A model generated the notes under the pieces. The model saw nothing but the letters and a program-made list of their open reading frames with translations. It was not told the origin of the DNA and searched no databases. Position numbers and translations under genes: made by a program. A stretch of 64,000 bases of DNA from Octopus vulgaris (taxonomy: Eukaryota): positions 9,796,001 through 9,860,000 of the forward strand of contig OX597829.1 of assembly GCA_951406725.2 (NCBI GenBank). Direction: 5' to 3'. Below are positions 1-14,809 of this stretch, one piece after another; positions within the stretch are counted from its first letter, which is position 1; each line of letters opens with the position of its first letter.

Positions 1-169
1 TAATAAATAAATTCCCATATCACCACTCGTAGTCATCTCTCTCGTCCAACTGACACATCTTAAATGCGTCAAAGTGAAAGTGTCGAAAGTGCGTACGTCT
101 AAGTCTCATCGCCCCTTTCGGGATATCTTCAAGGGATTAGCGAAAGCAAGGTGGATGTTCTATGCCCAC

Positions 170-272
170 GGGCATATGGCGTAGTGGTTAAGAACACGGG
201 CTACTAACGCCAAGATTCCGAGTTCGATTCCAGGCAGTGACCTGAATAATAATAATAATAATAATAATGATG

Positions 273-322
<50 letters not shown>

Positions 323-480
323 TATAATAATAATAAATGATAATAATAATAAATAATAATAACATCGAAAATACCTTAGGAATGAGAACCCAGGTTCGAA
401 CTTTTCCCAAGACAACAAACAAGATGAGGACAAATATTCGTGCAATGTAAATAATGTAAATAAAATGGACGTTGATAGCA
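170..480 (+). mobile_element. tRNA-headed SINE-like element with internal (AAT)n
   Basis: A box TGGCGTAGTGG and B box GAGTTCGATTCC, then (AAT)n and a unique tail. Confidence 0.6.
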
Positions 481-531
481 AGTTAAATTTGATAATACGT
501 GTTATGTGTATTAGTTTATACATATACTATT

Positions 532-589
532 GCAGGTGTGGCTGTGTGGTAAGTAGCTTGCTTTCCAAATACATGGTTCCGAGTTCAGT
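532..589 (+). mobile_element. tRNA-derived SINE family 1, head only
   Basis: gcaggtgtggctgtgtggtaag...catggttccgagttcagt, shared with 3323, 5296 and 30978. Confidence 0.7.
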
Positions 590-684
590 ATATATATATA
601 TATAATGTATGTATGTATGTATGCATACATACATACATGTATGTATGTATGTATGTATGTATGTATGTATGTATGTATGTATGT

Positions 685-725
<41 letters not shown>

Positions 726-1922
726 CATATATGTATATATATATATATTAAACGAGATTAAACTAAATATTGCATTGAAATTGCTACATTCCTGGGCCGA
801 AAATTTTAAATTGCTATCCACAAAATTGTAACATGGAACTGAAAAGAAGGAAGAATTACGTGTAACAGAAATCCACATTATGGTTTGATTTTCAGGAACG
901 CGATGTTTCTCGGTCGTTGTTGCCGTTGTGGTTACTTTCGTTGTTATTTAATCCCGTGTCAACGTTAATCTACCCAATCTATGGTCAAACACGTTCCACC
1001 TTGGTCATATTGTTCTTTTGAATATCTAAGTCTACATTGCCGAATGTATCTTTTTTTCTTTTTTTTTTTAAAACTAATAGGGCAAGTCCTTAGCGGTTTA
1101 GTTGCTCTTTGTAGGATATCAAGCTACCAGATAAAGCCTTCTTTTTTGGCCCGTTATTCAACAGGTTGTTGTAGCAGTTATTTAAACAAGTCATGCTAAC
1201 TCTGAACGAGGAGACTTAAAATCAAGGCATTCCAGCTTTGACCATCAAGATTATTATTCAGAGACTAAGCTGGCATATGACCACAGACATTTCAACCGTG
1301 ACCATATAGCCGTTTTGGAAGTATCGAGACCTATACAGATAGACACTGCTTCGTGTTCTAAGCAGTTGAGTGTGGATTTGAGAGAGATAGGGACTGCTAT
1401 TTCCAGCGATATTACCTCTTCATTTAGGGCCCCCTATTTAGGTTAGATACGTGCAGGTACGTATGACGGCTTGACAAAAGGAGTTTGATTAACTAATTAA
1501 AGGAGGGGGGGTGACCGACTAAAACCTTGAGTGCGAAGCCCCAGCATGGCCACTACGACATAGTAAAATAAAACATATTTCCAAGTTTATTTAAATGTTA
1601 GGTCAGCTATTGACCCCCTCGCATGCGCGCGCGCACATGTGCACGCACACTCACACACACAAACACATACACAAATATGAGCAAGTGTATAAATTTATAT
1701 ACAGAAATGTATATATATATATGGGATATATGTAGAAAGAGAGGGGGAGGGAGAGAATAAGAAACAGTGAGAGGCAGATATATATATAGAGAGAGATATC
1801 AATATATACATACACACATACATTCATACATACATACACACATGCATGCATACATACATTCATACATATATACATTCATAAATTCATACGTATATATACA
1901 TATATGAAAATATACATATATA

Positions 1923-1958
<36 letters not shown>

Positions 1959-2071
1959 TGTATATATATATATATATATATATATGGAGGTATGTATGTA
2001 TCTATCTACCCTATGTATGTATGCATACATGTATGTATGTATGTAACTCAGCGACAGAGATCACAGACAGA

Positions 2072-2106
<35 letters not shown>

Positions 2107-2329
2107 CTAAGAAGAAGAGATAGAGAGGGAGAAGGATATGTATGCATGGCCAAAGTTGTGTGTAAGGGAAGAACAGGTAAGTCATAATGGTACCGTTACT
2201 AAGGAAACAAAACAAAGACACTCGACGTTGCGCAATGACACCTGTTCAGGTCAAACGAAAACAGGTAACGCTTGAGGTTTAAGAATGAGATATGAGAGGA
2301 CTGTCTGGTGCGACTTAAATACAAACTAA

Positions 2330-2382
<53 letters not shown>

Positions 2383-2417
2383 CACTCACACTATTTCTCA
2401 TTCCATTTCTCTCTCCT

Positions 2418-2448
<31 letters not shown>

Positions 2449-2822
2449 TTCTCTCTCTCTAATTTACTTGTACAGACAGAAATATATACACATGATTGTC
2501 CATGTATAAATGCACATTCATACATTCATACAAACATTCATGCATATATACATACATATGTATATATTTACATATGTTATATAAATATGTATGTTTTTAT
2601 ATAGGCATCTATATATATATAAGTATATATATAAAAATGTATATATATATATGTATGATATATATATATGTATATATATATTTAGATATATATGTATGAT
2701 ATATATATGATATATATATATATATGTATATATATGTGTATATGTATATATATCTATATATGTGTATATATATGCATGTGTGTGTATCTCTCTCTATCTT
2801 TTTATCTATCTCTATCTCTATA

Positions 2823-2860
<38 letters not shown>

Positions 2861-2902
2861 CCTATATATATATACATAATATATATATATATATATATAT
2901 AT

Positions 2903-3236
2903 AACACCTTTTATCAATTCAAAATGAACAATTAAATTACACCATCTAGAAAATTACATATAATAGAAATATTAAAATTAAAATAACAATAAAATGTTAA
3001 TGTTTAAGTAAACTGCAAAAAATAATAATAATAACGTATATAATTTTATTGTTATTTTAATTTTAATATTTCTATTATAAGTAATTTTCTGGATGGTGTA
3101 ATTTAATTGTTCATTTTGAATTGATAAAAGGTGTTTTTTTTCTAATTTTTTATATATATTATATTGTGTGAAATTTGATTTAGTATTTCTAAATTGAATT
3201 TTTTTCCTTGTAAGTTTGAATTTTATTCCCTCAAAT

Positions 3237-3242
<6 letters not shown>
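2903..3242 (+). mobile_element. AT-rich foldback insert: 93-bp arms plus tail, no hammerhead retained
   Basis: 2903-2995 vs 3043-3135 inverted. Tail ctaaattgaatttttttccttgtaagtttgaattttattccct resembles tail ctaaatctgatttttccctgtaaatttggatttattccct at ~56038-56077. (TA)n flanks. Confidence 0.65.
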
Positions 3243-3319
<77 letters not shown>

Positions 3320-3322
3320 GTT

Positions 3323-3738
3323 GCAGGAGTGGCTGTGTGGTAAGACAAACACATGGTTCCGAGTTCAGTCCCGCTGCGTGGTCCTTTTGGAAAGTGTGTT
3401 CTACCATAGCCTCGAGCCAATCAAAACCTTGTGAGTGGATTTGGTAGACAGAAACTGAAAGAAGCCCGTCGTGTATACATATATATATGTATGTATGCAT
3501 GTATGTATGTATGTATGTATGTATGTATGTATGTATGTATGTATGTATGTCTATATGTATGTATGTATTTGTGTGTCTGAGTTTGTACCCCCACGCTATC
3601 GCTTGACAACCAATGCTGGTGTGTTTACAACTCCGTAAGTTAGCGGACTAGGTTTACAATGAATAAGTCCTGGGGTCGATTTGTTCGACTAAAAGGAGAA
3701 GCTCCAGAATGGCTGTAGTCCAATGACTGAAACAAGTG
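3323..3738 (+). mobile_element. tRNA-derived SINE family 1, near full length with internal microsatellite
   Basis: Pol III A/B-box-like head; body ggatttggtagac.gaaactgaaagaagcccgtcg; 3' part ggggtcgatttgttcgactaaa. Confidence 0.8.
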
Positions 3739-4131
3739 AATATATAAATAGGTGTACAAAGTAATGAAAATAGAGCTGAGCACACGTTGGAGTAAGGGAT
3801 ATCTCTTTGCATATTGATTCAGCCTTACATTACTCAGAGTTTTGTAGGCCAATGTCTACTTTGTGAATCATACCTTAAACTATATATACATCTATATACC
3901 GTTGTGTGTGTGTGATCGTATATACGCGTTCGTGTGTGTGACAGTGTATACGTACATAAGTACCCCTTATACATATAAGTGGGATTTTTTTTAGTCAGGA
4001 AGTATAAGGCGGCGGGTTTGGTGTTGGTGTTAGAGGTGTTGTTGATTATAGAAGGTAGGTCACTAGGTGAGTAAATATACATAAAAATAAGAGCTACGTT
4101 CTTGTTTTTATGTATATAAGAAATTGCGTGC

Positions 4132-4182
<51 letters not shown>

Positions 4183-4212
4183 CATGTATGTATATATATA
4201 TATGTATGCATG

Positions 4213-4254
<42 letters not shown>

Positions 4255-4686
4255 TGTATGTATATGTAACTATATGTATGTATATATATATATATGTGTG
4301 TGTGGGTTTGTGTGTATATGAGAGAATGTATGTATGTATATATACTCACACACAAACATATACACACGCGCACACACATTCAAGTCAAGTCGTGGTAGAC
4401 AACTTAGATTCCTGCCCGACAGAAATAGGAGTATTACAGGTATTTTCATAGGCGAAGTAACCATTGGGAAGGTGGTTTTATTGGCTGTGCTGGTTGTTTA
4501 TGTTGTGACGTGGATGCGTGGGTGGCCATATATGGGTTACAAAATAAAGAAAAGATGAAGGCAGAGTACATAATTGGATTAGTAGATTTTATTAACATCC
4601 TAGTCTAATTTTCTGGCTGCCTATCTGTCTGTCAATCTGTCTACTACCTATCTATTTCTCTGTCTGTCTGTCTGTCTCTCTCTCGC

Positions 4687-4758
<72 letters not shown>

Positions 4759-4761
4759 TAT

Positions 4762-4967
4762 GTAGTTAATCCAAACATGAAAATACAAAGAGAAAACACA
4801 ACAATGCGAGGAGGTGGAACAAGTATAGTATTATTGGACGCTCCGGAAAGAAGGAAAGAAGGAGAGTTTAACTTTTCGAGCGGAGCTCTTCGTCAGAAAC
4901 GTAGGAAAAGGAAAGATCCAAAGAAGGGAAGACGGAGGGAAAAAAATCACCAACGGTACACACGTGG

Positions 4968-4970
<3 letters not shown>
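4762..4970 (-). mobile_element. (TA)n-embedded pLTR-like insert carrying a hammerhead
   Basis: ~210-bp unique segment between TA tracts. A related, more truncated piece lies at ~30366-30450 (gtattagtataacgctcaggaa vs gtattattggacgctccggaa). Confidence 0.6.
4866..4900 (-). ncRNA. Minimal hammerhead ribozyme fold (extra A after core, stem III mutated)
   Basis: Minus strand: GUUU-CUGACGA-A-GAGC[UCC]GCUC-GAAA-AG-UU|AAAC. Confidence 0.65.
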
Positions 4971-5011
<41 letters not shown>

Positions 5012-5067
5012 TCATGTATATATATATATATATACTTATATTTATATACATACATATATACACACAC

Positions 5068-5146
<79 letters not shown>

Positions 5147-5295
5147 TATACATATGTTTGTGTTTGTCTATCTATCAATCAATCTATGTATCTATCTGAT
5201 TGACTGTCTGTTTGTCAGTCTGTGTGTCTTTCTACCTATTTGTATTTCTATGTACCTATTTCTCTGTCTACTTAAACACATAAATATATATAAGT

Positions 5296-5439
5296 GCAGG
5301 TGTGGCTGTGTGGTAAGAAGCTTGCTTCCTAACCACATGGTTCCAGGTTCAGTCCCACTGCGTGGCACCTACTATACCCTGAAGTCGAGCTAAGCATTGT
5401 CAGTGGATTTGGTAGACGGAAAGTGAAAGAAGCCCGTCG
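5296..5439 (+). mobile_element. tRNA-derived SINE family 1, 5' half
   Basis: Same head and body as 3323-3471. Confidence 0.8.
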
Positions 5440-5441
5440 CA

Positions 5442-5482
<41 letters not shown>

Positions 5483-6289
5483 GATACATATATGTATATG
5501 TGTAGGTATATAGGTATATGTGTGCATGTAGTTTTGCATGTGTATGTGGAACTTCTTATACAGAGTGATTCAAAATCCATATAGTATTAATATTCCAAAA
5601 ATAATATTCTCTGTCAATCAAAAAATGTCTGATCGAACGTATTTGTTCTAACTCACTGGGCTCAGATGCCACTTTCATAGACTTAATCCGCCACTCTGTT
5701 TAACACAACTGACATTTTGGGTGTTTTTAGCAGAGTTCATTGTGTTGCAACCATTTAGGTCGCATTTCCAGTTTTAGGATACCTTCAACCCTCCTTTACG
5801 CTAATCTGAAAAGCTCTACAATGGATGAGTTTGGCTTTCCCTATTGACTTATAAAAAACAAAGTATAAAACCCCCAGAAAACTAGAATTATTGTTACTTC
5901 GCTGACAACCGCGATTTTAATTTACACCTCACTTAAACTTTTTAATATCTCTCACACATCCATTTCCTCAGAATAAGCTTCACCCACCCGTCCACTACAG
6001 TCACTGCTTCCAAGACCAGCTCTGCTGTTGAAAGCCAAAACTCAAAGACTCGAAGATATCAAGTCTAGATCCCTGCCAGTCATATTGTCAGTTCAACTAT
6101 TTAAATTGTAAAGTAATTCCTAGATTATATTTTTGAGATGACAAACATTTCACCAATTTTTCCGAGGTTATTCCACGCATTTTTAAAGAGTTCGTTGGAT
6201 GCTTTTCTATGATTCGCCGTCTCGTATGTCTCCAATTGTTAACTTGTTTATTCGGCAGATATTCAATAGCTGAACTTATTGAGAGTCTC

Positions 6290-6330
<41 letters not shown>

Positions 6331-6399
6331 CTCTCTTTCTCACTCTCTCTCTCTCTCTCTCTCTCGTTCTCTCTTTCTCGCTCTCTCTCTCTCTCTCTC

Positions 6400-6432
<33 letters not shown>

Positions 6433-6772
6433 TGTATGTATGTATGTATATATGTATGTATGTATGTATGTATGCATACATGCATGTATGTATGTATGTA
6501 TGTATGTATGTATGTATATATATATATATATATATATTGAATACTCGAAATGATGAGTAGATAGACAGCCGACAACTAATGAAGGGTCCTTTCCTTGTAT
6601 TAACTTGTCCTGTTTTTCCTTTTTTTCATCGATGTTTACGTATTTCCACTAGTTTTTCCCTCGTTTGTTTACGTATTTCATGTTATTTGCACCGTTGGTG
6701 ACGTCATGTACATATATATGCATGTATATATATTATATATTATTTAATCTTACACGACGCATCCATTTCCAA

Positions 6773-6842
<70 letters not shown>

Positions 6843-6847
6843 CAATC

Positions 6848-7340
6848 TTACTTAGAAATGGATGCGTGCGTTCCGTCATATAATAAATTAATAAATAAAA
6901 CATATGCATATATACATACATATATGTACGTACTTACCTCTACATGTATATATACATGCATATATGGGTACAGGACACCAAAAAAAACGTCGAACACAAT
7001 GAGAATGGAAAACATAAACACAAAACCAAAGAAATGGACACTTTTCTTAAAAAACGAAAAAATAAAGTACAGGACATACAATAGAAGGAAAATTCCCCTT
7101 CTTCAGTTGCCTTTATTTCATCTACTCCGCGTTTCGAAGGTCAAGGCGAGACACGACTTTAATGAAACTATCCTTCCCGCGAAAAACAAATTAAATAAAA
7201 TTTGAGATCTTTTTGCGGAGGGGTAAAAATGGTAACAAAAACAGGACAGTAACGACAGTACAAAATATCAACAGTAAAAGACAGGACAAGGAGAATAACA
7301 GTAACACAGACAAGAAGGGCTGTTAAGCCGAACGAGACAA
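6848..7340 (-). mobile_element. Dispersed TA-associated repeat family (related copies ~6540-6773, ~13620-13965, ~22340-22590)
   Basis: Shared motif cgaaa...gagtagat...caactga(t/a)gaaggg (partly deleted in the ~22340 copy). The ...gcggagg...ggtaaca.aaacaggaca end is shared with the ~13.9-kb copy. Family identity not established. Confidence 0.55.
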
Positions 7341-7713
7341 TATATATATATATAGGCGCAGGATATGTACATATATATTTCATTTTATCTTTTGATTTGC
7401 CTCCTTTGTCATATTTTATTCTCCATCATGTATTTAACTCATTTTATGTATTCTCCCTGAACTAAAGCCAGACCCATCTACGGGTTATAACCCCTAAATT
7501 TTTTCTATCCACTATCGGTATACCCAATATCCTACAGGCGACCGCAAAGTGCCAATCAAAACTAAGTACATGTAAAGGAGTATCTTATTGAAAAAGTGAC
7601 ACCTGCAAATATGGATACAACATAACTAACTGCAATATACTACTGTAAGGGTCGAAACGATCGTTGTGTTGAATAAAGATTCTCGTTAACTCCATTATCC
7701 GTTTCTTTTATTC

Positions 7714-7792
<79 letters not shown>

Positions 7793-8199
7793 TGGAAGGA
7801 TAGAGAAACGGACTACTTCCTGTACAGCGCTGAAGCCCAGTTTGAGGTCATCTACACTCCTGAATTGTAGACTCAAGTAAGATCGAAATCGTAACTTTTC
7901 ACATGGAATTTTTTGCATTAATTAGCATTAAAAGCGAAGTTGGTTCACAAATACTCGTAACTGATGATTAAAAATGTGACAAGCTCGAATTATCGACCGC
8001 AATCAAGCAGACTCTTAATAAATGCATGGAAAAATTTGAAACTCTTCCGAAAAGTTGGTGAATTCTTTTTTCACAACAAAAACATGTAGTATAACCATGT
8101 CCCAAATGATAATAAAATTTTTGACGATGTCAATAGTATGTGTCATCACGAGATCAACGTTCTGACATTTTCAAGCAGAGCATTTTTATGGTGTTGTTA

Positions 8200-8585
8200 A
8201 GAATTTCGCCCGTCTTTACGTTCTGAGTTCAAATCCCACCGAGCTCCACTTTGCCTTTTTATCATTTCGGGGCCGATAAAATAAGTACCAGTTGAATACT
8301 AGGGTCGATGCAATAGACTTACCCCTTCCCCCCGAACACGCTGGCCTTATGCCAAAACTTGAATGCATTATAAGTCGGCGTACTGGCAGAATCATTAGCA
8401 CACCGGGAAAACTGCTTAGCGGCATTTCGTCCGTCGCTACGTTCTGAATTAAAATTCCCCCGAGGTCGACTTTGCCATTCATCCTTTCAGGTCGATTAAA
8501 TAAGTAACAGTTACGCCCTGGAGTCGATGTAATTGACTCATCTCCTCCCCCAAAATTGCTGTTCTTGTGACAAAATTTAAAACCA
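8200..8585 (+). mobile_element. Two tandem copies of SINE family 2 (first 5'-truncated, second from 8374)
   Basis: tacgttctgagttcaaat.cc.ccgag..cgactttgcc motif repeated twice. Confidence 0.75.
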
Positions 8586-8594
8586 TTATTATTA

Positions 8595-8685
<91 letters not shown>

Positions 8686-8686
<1 letters not shown>

Positions 8687-8953
8687 TCGTTTTGGGATTT
8701 GGTTTGCAAGATTCTTTATGTGAGTTCGTGTGTTGAAGCATATTCTGTTGTGTCTGGGGAGAGTCATTCTCTTTTGGTGCCGTATTATCTAACACATTCA
8801 CGGTAAAATTAGGGTTAGTCAAAACTATTGAAAAGATTGCAAAACACAACGAAAACTTTAGAAAAATAAAAAAGAAATAAGTGGAAATTTTACCGGTGAG
8901 TGTGTTAAATTATAAGGTACGAAAAGACAATGACTCGCCCCAGACACAATAGA
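8686..8953 (-). mobile_element. (ATT)n-embedded foldback: arms 8744-8810 / 8886-8953 with one-sided tail
   Basis: Diverged inverted arms (tgtgtctggggagagtcatt / aatgactcgccccagacaca) with (ATT)n on both sides. Confidence 0.55.
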
Positions 8954-8986
8954 TTATTATTATCATCATCATCATCATCATCATCA

Positions 8987-9077
<91 letters not shown>

Positions 9078-9766
9078 CATTATTTATATATATATATATA
9101 TATATTTATTTATTCATTTTATTTTATTTTATTTATTTTCCTTTGGTGAATGAAAAATTTGAACTGCGGAAGTGTTAGAATTCTCTTCTCCAGACTGCCA
9201 TTATACGTTTATTTAAATTTTTTTTACTTTTTATTTTGCTTTCTTTTTTTTTGATTTTTGCTTTCTGTTCGTTTTGTTTGTTTAATATCTTTATCGAATT
9301 GAATTGATTTATACGACCGCATAATTCAATGCGTAATTGTAGCGTCTAACTATTTACATACAAAAGCTTACATGCTTAATCTGAAGATTAAAGCGTTGCC
9401 ATCTTAATCTGAAGATTATGCCTTTACCTTCTTGACCTGACGATTAAATTTTTACGACCTCAAATTTCAGGTTCACCAACAATGCTAATAAGTCTTGCTT
9501 TGTTAACCATTCTCAAAGAAGTTTTGAAGGTATCGAACGATCACTTAGGCCATCACATGTTGACTCATAAGAATTTCTTTTCTTTTTTGTTTATTTTTAT
9601 TTTTATGATCTGACACATACACACACACACACACACACACCTCCTGTTTCCTATTATGCGATTTATTTTATAGTTACTGGTGCGTCTATTGAATTTTTAT
9701 TATTACTGTCTCTTGACAAATACACACATACATAGATACAGGCATATATGTATATACACACACATT

Positions 9767-9768
9767 TA

Positions 9769-9820
<52 letters not shown>

Positions 9821-9897
9821 AATCAGTCTGTGTGTGTATGTCTGTTTGTCTTTCCGTCCGTCTGTCGGTCTATCAATCTATCTGTTTGTCTGTCTGT

Positions 9898-9948
<51 letters not shown>

Positions 9949-10038
9949 CATACATATATGGACAGACAGACAAACAGATAGATTGATAGACCGACAGACG
10001 GACGGAAAGACAAACAGACATACACACACAGACTGATT

Positions 10039-10086
<48 letters not shown>

Positions 10087-10090
10087 TATA
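9767..10090. repeat. Near-perfect inverted duplication of a compound microsatellite around a (TA)n tract
   Basis: 9821-9905 is the exact reverse complement of 9954-10038, extended by (TCTA)n/(TAGA)n. Confidence 0.85.
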
Positions 10091-12774
10091 GGCAGACAGT
10101 CAGACAGACAAATAGATATGTATAGCATCTATAAAATTTGAGTTTGTTAGTAATAAGAAGCAGAATCTGAAGTTTGGGTGACTTTTCCTTCTTTTGAGTC
10201 AGTGAAACTCTCTCATTTCTTTTCTCTCATTTCTTTTCTCTCATTTCTTTTCTTTTCTTTGTTTTCGTTTTAACTGAGAGATTTACTAATCCTGAAAGTA
10301 AGATAGAGGAAGGAGAGCGAAGAATAAATGGAAAAAACATACATTGAAACATTTAAACACACATGCATACATATACACACATAGTCCCATCTGTGTGTGT
10401 GTGTGTGTGTGTGTGTGCATAAGTGTATGAATTAACGTACTACTGTTACAATTTGTTGCTAATCTTGCGAGTGATTTTTTTTTCTTTTTGTGATTTATTT
10501 GTTCATTTAATTGCTTTGTTGTTTCTGTCTGAAAAGAAGAAGACGACGAAGCTTAAGAAAATGTGGTTACATATCGCCTTATTGATTTCGATTTATTTAA
10601 TCAACTTCATCTGTCATTCTATTCGTCTGTGAGTCTCTTCCACTCTCTACCTATTGTTGCTTTGTTAATTTTCCGTATACATCCGGGCTATTTTCTTCGC
10701 CCAAGTTATTCTTTTCTAGTTTTTATTCTTTACTTTTAGTTAATTGTTTTGTACACCTTTCCAGCCGTCTCATTAATTAGTTTTATATTTTCACCTCAAG
10801 ATTTTACTTCTACATCTAATTTATTTCTCAACGTATTTGTCTTCTTTTATTCTCTCTCCTACAATCATTTTTTTTTTTTACAGTTTATATTTAATTTAAC
10901 TATTTACTTCTCTCTCCATCTCTTTTTTGCTATCTACGCATCTATTCAACTGTCGGTCTTTTCTTCCTCTCCTTTTATCCCTGTCTCTTTCTCTCGCACC
11001 AATATATACCCACGTACACACGTAAACACCCACGAGACTTGGGCTCACTTGATGTCTTTAATTATTGTTCTCGGCGGTAGATTATTTGAATCGATAAGGC
11101 GTTTGACAAAATGACTAGTGGCATTGTTTGTGCCCGTTTAAGTTCGTATCCTGCCGAGATCAACCTAACTTTCTTTCCCTTTCTTATTGCGTTGAAAAAC
11201 TGAGTTTAAGTTTCCGTCATGGATAGAACATGACTAGAAATGATCCACCAAATGGAAACCAGAGACAGAAGCGATTCGTGATCCATCGAGGGAAGATCGA
11301 TCTGCAGGAATAACTGCCCCTGAAATCATACTACACCGGTTTAGAGGATGTCACAATGGATGGTGAAGTTCACACACACAAATACACACGCCGTCGGTCA
11401 ATCTTGGTTAATCTTGGTTTCATATAGTCTCTGTTGAGTTAAAATCTTCCTTGGATATGTAGGTTTGAGTGGAGTGGTAATTAGGGTTTAGAGTAGGGTG
11501 TTATGGAGTGGTAGTTTGGATAAATGTTTGATTAAATTTGGGGCAATGTTGTTATTTAGAATTTATTCAGGTGTGTAAATTTAGGTGTCGCTTTCGTAGG
11601 AACAGGATACGTTAGTAGTTTTAGTAATTTTTGGCTTTATTGGATTTAATCGTTTGCTTTGGCAATGTAAAGGTCAAAGGTACAAAGTCCAGTATTTAAG
11701 ACCCTAACTTAAATGCAGCAATCTTCAGTGAACTCTCGTTGAAAACGGTGATGTGACTTTGCTTCGATGACTACGAGGAAAGTGCTTTGAAGATATGCAT
11801 ATTTGTGTGTAAGAGAGAAATTGTGTATATATTTATCTTCCCTTCTCCCCCTCTCTGTCTTTGTGTATATATATACATAAACCTAATTTTCATTTTACGC
11901 TTTATGCGACATATGTTTCAGCAAATGGGTTGTCGTTATTACATAAGCCGGTTGCATAAGATAATCAACTCACTTCCCCAGTATTATCAACAAAAAATAT
12001 CTTTAGGTAACGTGCCACCTTCTACCGCAAACATTTGTACACAAAAAAGCATAAATCAAGATGTTTGTAAAATATTATGTAGAAATATTCCAAACCCGCG
12101 TGAAATGCAATAAATAGTAATAACCAAGTAAAAATTGAACACGTGTTTCAATTTTTGATACTTAGGCGTATTTCTAGTTAGATAAACATTAACTTACATA
12201 TATAGATTTACAAATATATATTTGATTATCCTCGAAATGCGTTTTTTGTGGGAAAAATTATATACTTTAGTTCACATTGTTGATTTTCTCCAAAATTACT
12301 TATTAACAATTGGAAAGCAGCAATTCAATCAAATTATAGAATATATAAAGGTTTATAGCAAAACTTAAATGAGTCTAATTGGCATTCAGTATTTGGAGAA
12401 CAGTAGTAAAGTTGTAAAGCAATAAATAAGCAAATGAAAATAAAAATAATTATAATTAATATACATATGGAATTTTCCCTTAAAGATAATCAATTCTTTC
12501 ATCTATCACGTCATTCTATAATATGTAACAAACAGCAAGTTTATTATAATTTGAAATGCCAGGCATGTAGCACTTGCCAACGCATTCTTATTAGACATTT
12601 TCTTTATAAATTAAGATGGTACGGCTGGGGTTGCTATCACGAAATCATATATTGGTTAGTTTAAATGCTCAAAATTTGTAATTTCCTAATTAATTCAGGT
12701 CATCAAAAACTCAAACCTAAACTTCTTCGGGTACCTAAACGATCAGACACATATTGTGTTATCGTGCGCATGTA

Positions 12775-12836
<62 letters not shown>

Positions 12837-14262
12837 CATATTATATATATATATATACTCTGTGATAGACATTGGATATGTCATTTATATATATCCACAC
12901 TCGCACACAATCGTACACACACGCTCTTTTCTTCCCACTGTTACTTACGCATCGTTGAGCATATTCTGTATTGTATGTTCATTTATAAACCACAAGTTCA
13001 AAAATAATTATTTTCGCTTGTTTCTCCTTGATTTTGTTGGTTTTCTTTTGTTGATTTAGAGTGTGTGTTTTTCTTTAATCTTGTATGTTTATCTGCCAGA
13101 CGTACATTGACAAAGGAACTTCATTGGATTACACCATACAATCTCTTCCCTTGTTGTATTTCACTGATAATTAGCTTAATTTTGCATTTTAACCGGTATA
13201 TCTCCCTATCTTCTCTCGCTCTCACACCTCTCTCTCTCTCTCTTTTCTCTCTCTCTCTCTCTCTCTCTCTGTTGACAGACAGACAGACAGACACATAAAC
13301 AGACAGACAGATAGATAGAGGAATGGGTGGATAGAGGGATGGATGGTTTGGTAGATAGACAGATAGGTAGAGAGATGGATGTATGGGTCGATGGATGTAT
13401 GGGTCGATGGATGAATGGATTGATACTCAGAGAAAGAGATAGTTAGATAGGTAGATAGATAATGAGAGAGAGGAAGACTGACAAATGGAAAGATAGATAG
13501 ATAGATGACAGACAGACGAAAAGACAGATGGATAGATAGATGAAGGTGAGTTGTCTGCCTATCTATTTTTCTTTCTCTTTCTCCCCACTCTCTCTCCATT
13601 ATATATAATAATAATATAAACTTTATATATACATATATGCACATATGCATACGTATATGTACATACTTACATCTATACGTATATTTATATGCTTATGTGG
13701 GGACAGGACGTCACGAAACGTACAATAACAAAGTACGAAGCACGAGTACATGGAACATGAACTATTCTTTCGAACAACGAAAGACAGAAATGGAAAACAA
13801 AACAAACAACATGAAGAACAACCCTTCATCAGTTGTTGGCATTTTATCTACTCTCTTATTTCGAGCATTTAACAATTTAACATTTCGATGAAACACTTGC
13901 TCTCGCAAAGCAAATTAAATTTGGGATTTTGCGGAGGTTCAAAATAGGTAACAGAAACAGGACACACACGCATACACTTATGCACCCACCACACAAACAC
14001 AAATGGATCAGTGTATGAATCCGCCTGGATAGTGATCCGCCAATGTAAGCCTCCAGCTTTACGTTTTATTTACAAAGCTGTTATATATTTCATATTAAAT
14101 CGATGCAAGATCTCATCTTTTAAACTCCAAGGTATTATCTCTGTCTCTCCACCTCTAAATTTGTATACGTTTCTGTGTGTGTGTGAGCACACGCGCAAGT
14201 ATATGTGTGTACACACAATCACTCATACTCACATAGATATGCATATAAATATAGCCATATTA

Positions 14263-14304
<42 letters not shown>

Positions 14305-14615
14305 GTGTGTGTATGTATGTAAGCATGTTGTGTGGGTATATATTTATATCCGTTTCCTATATCTTAGTTACATCTTCAAGCATTTGCACTATTTGTTTGT
14401 TTTATATATATGTGTGCGGTGTGTGTGTGCGTGTACATATGTGTGTGCGTGTGCGTGTGAGTATTTGTGCATACATATAGACAGATGGATAGGTAAACTG
14501 ACAAACGTGGATAGACTGTTAGATAGATACATGTAGATAGGTAGATAGATAAGTAGATAAGAATGATAGATAGATAGACAGACAGACGGACGGACGGATG
14601 GACGGACGGACAGAC

Positions 14616-14690
<75 letters not shown>

Positions 14691-14698
14691 CAGAAAAA

Positions 14699-14809
<111 letters not shown>

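Noticed and set aside
170-240. Possible tRNA gene
   Set aside because: A and B boxes are present but no good acceptor stem or terminator; better explained as a SINE head.
5557-6280. tacagagtgattcaaaa resembling a Tc1/mariner end
   Set aside because: No matching opposite TIR or transposase found by eye.
7598-7672. Hammerhead-like 3' half (cgaaacgatcgttgtgttg) in a TA-flanked insert
   Set aside because: Palindromic stem III is present but no recognisable CUGANGA; at best a decayed remnant.
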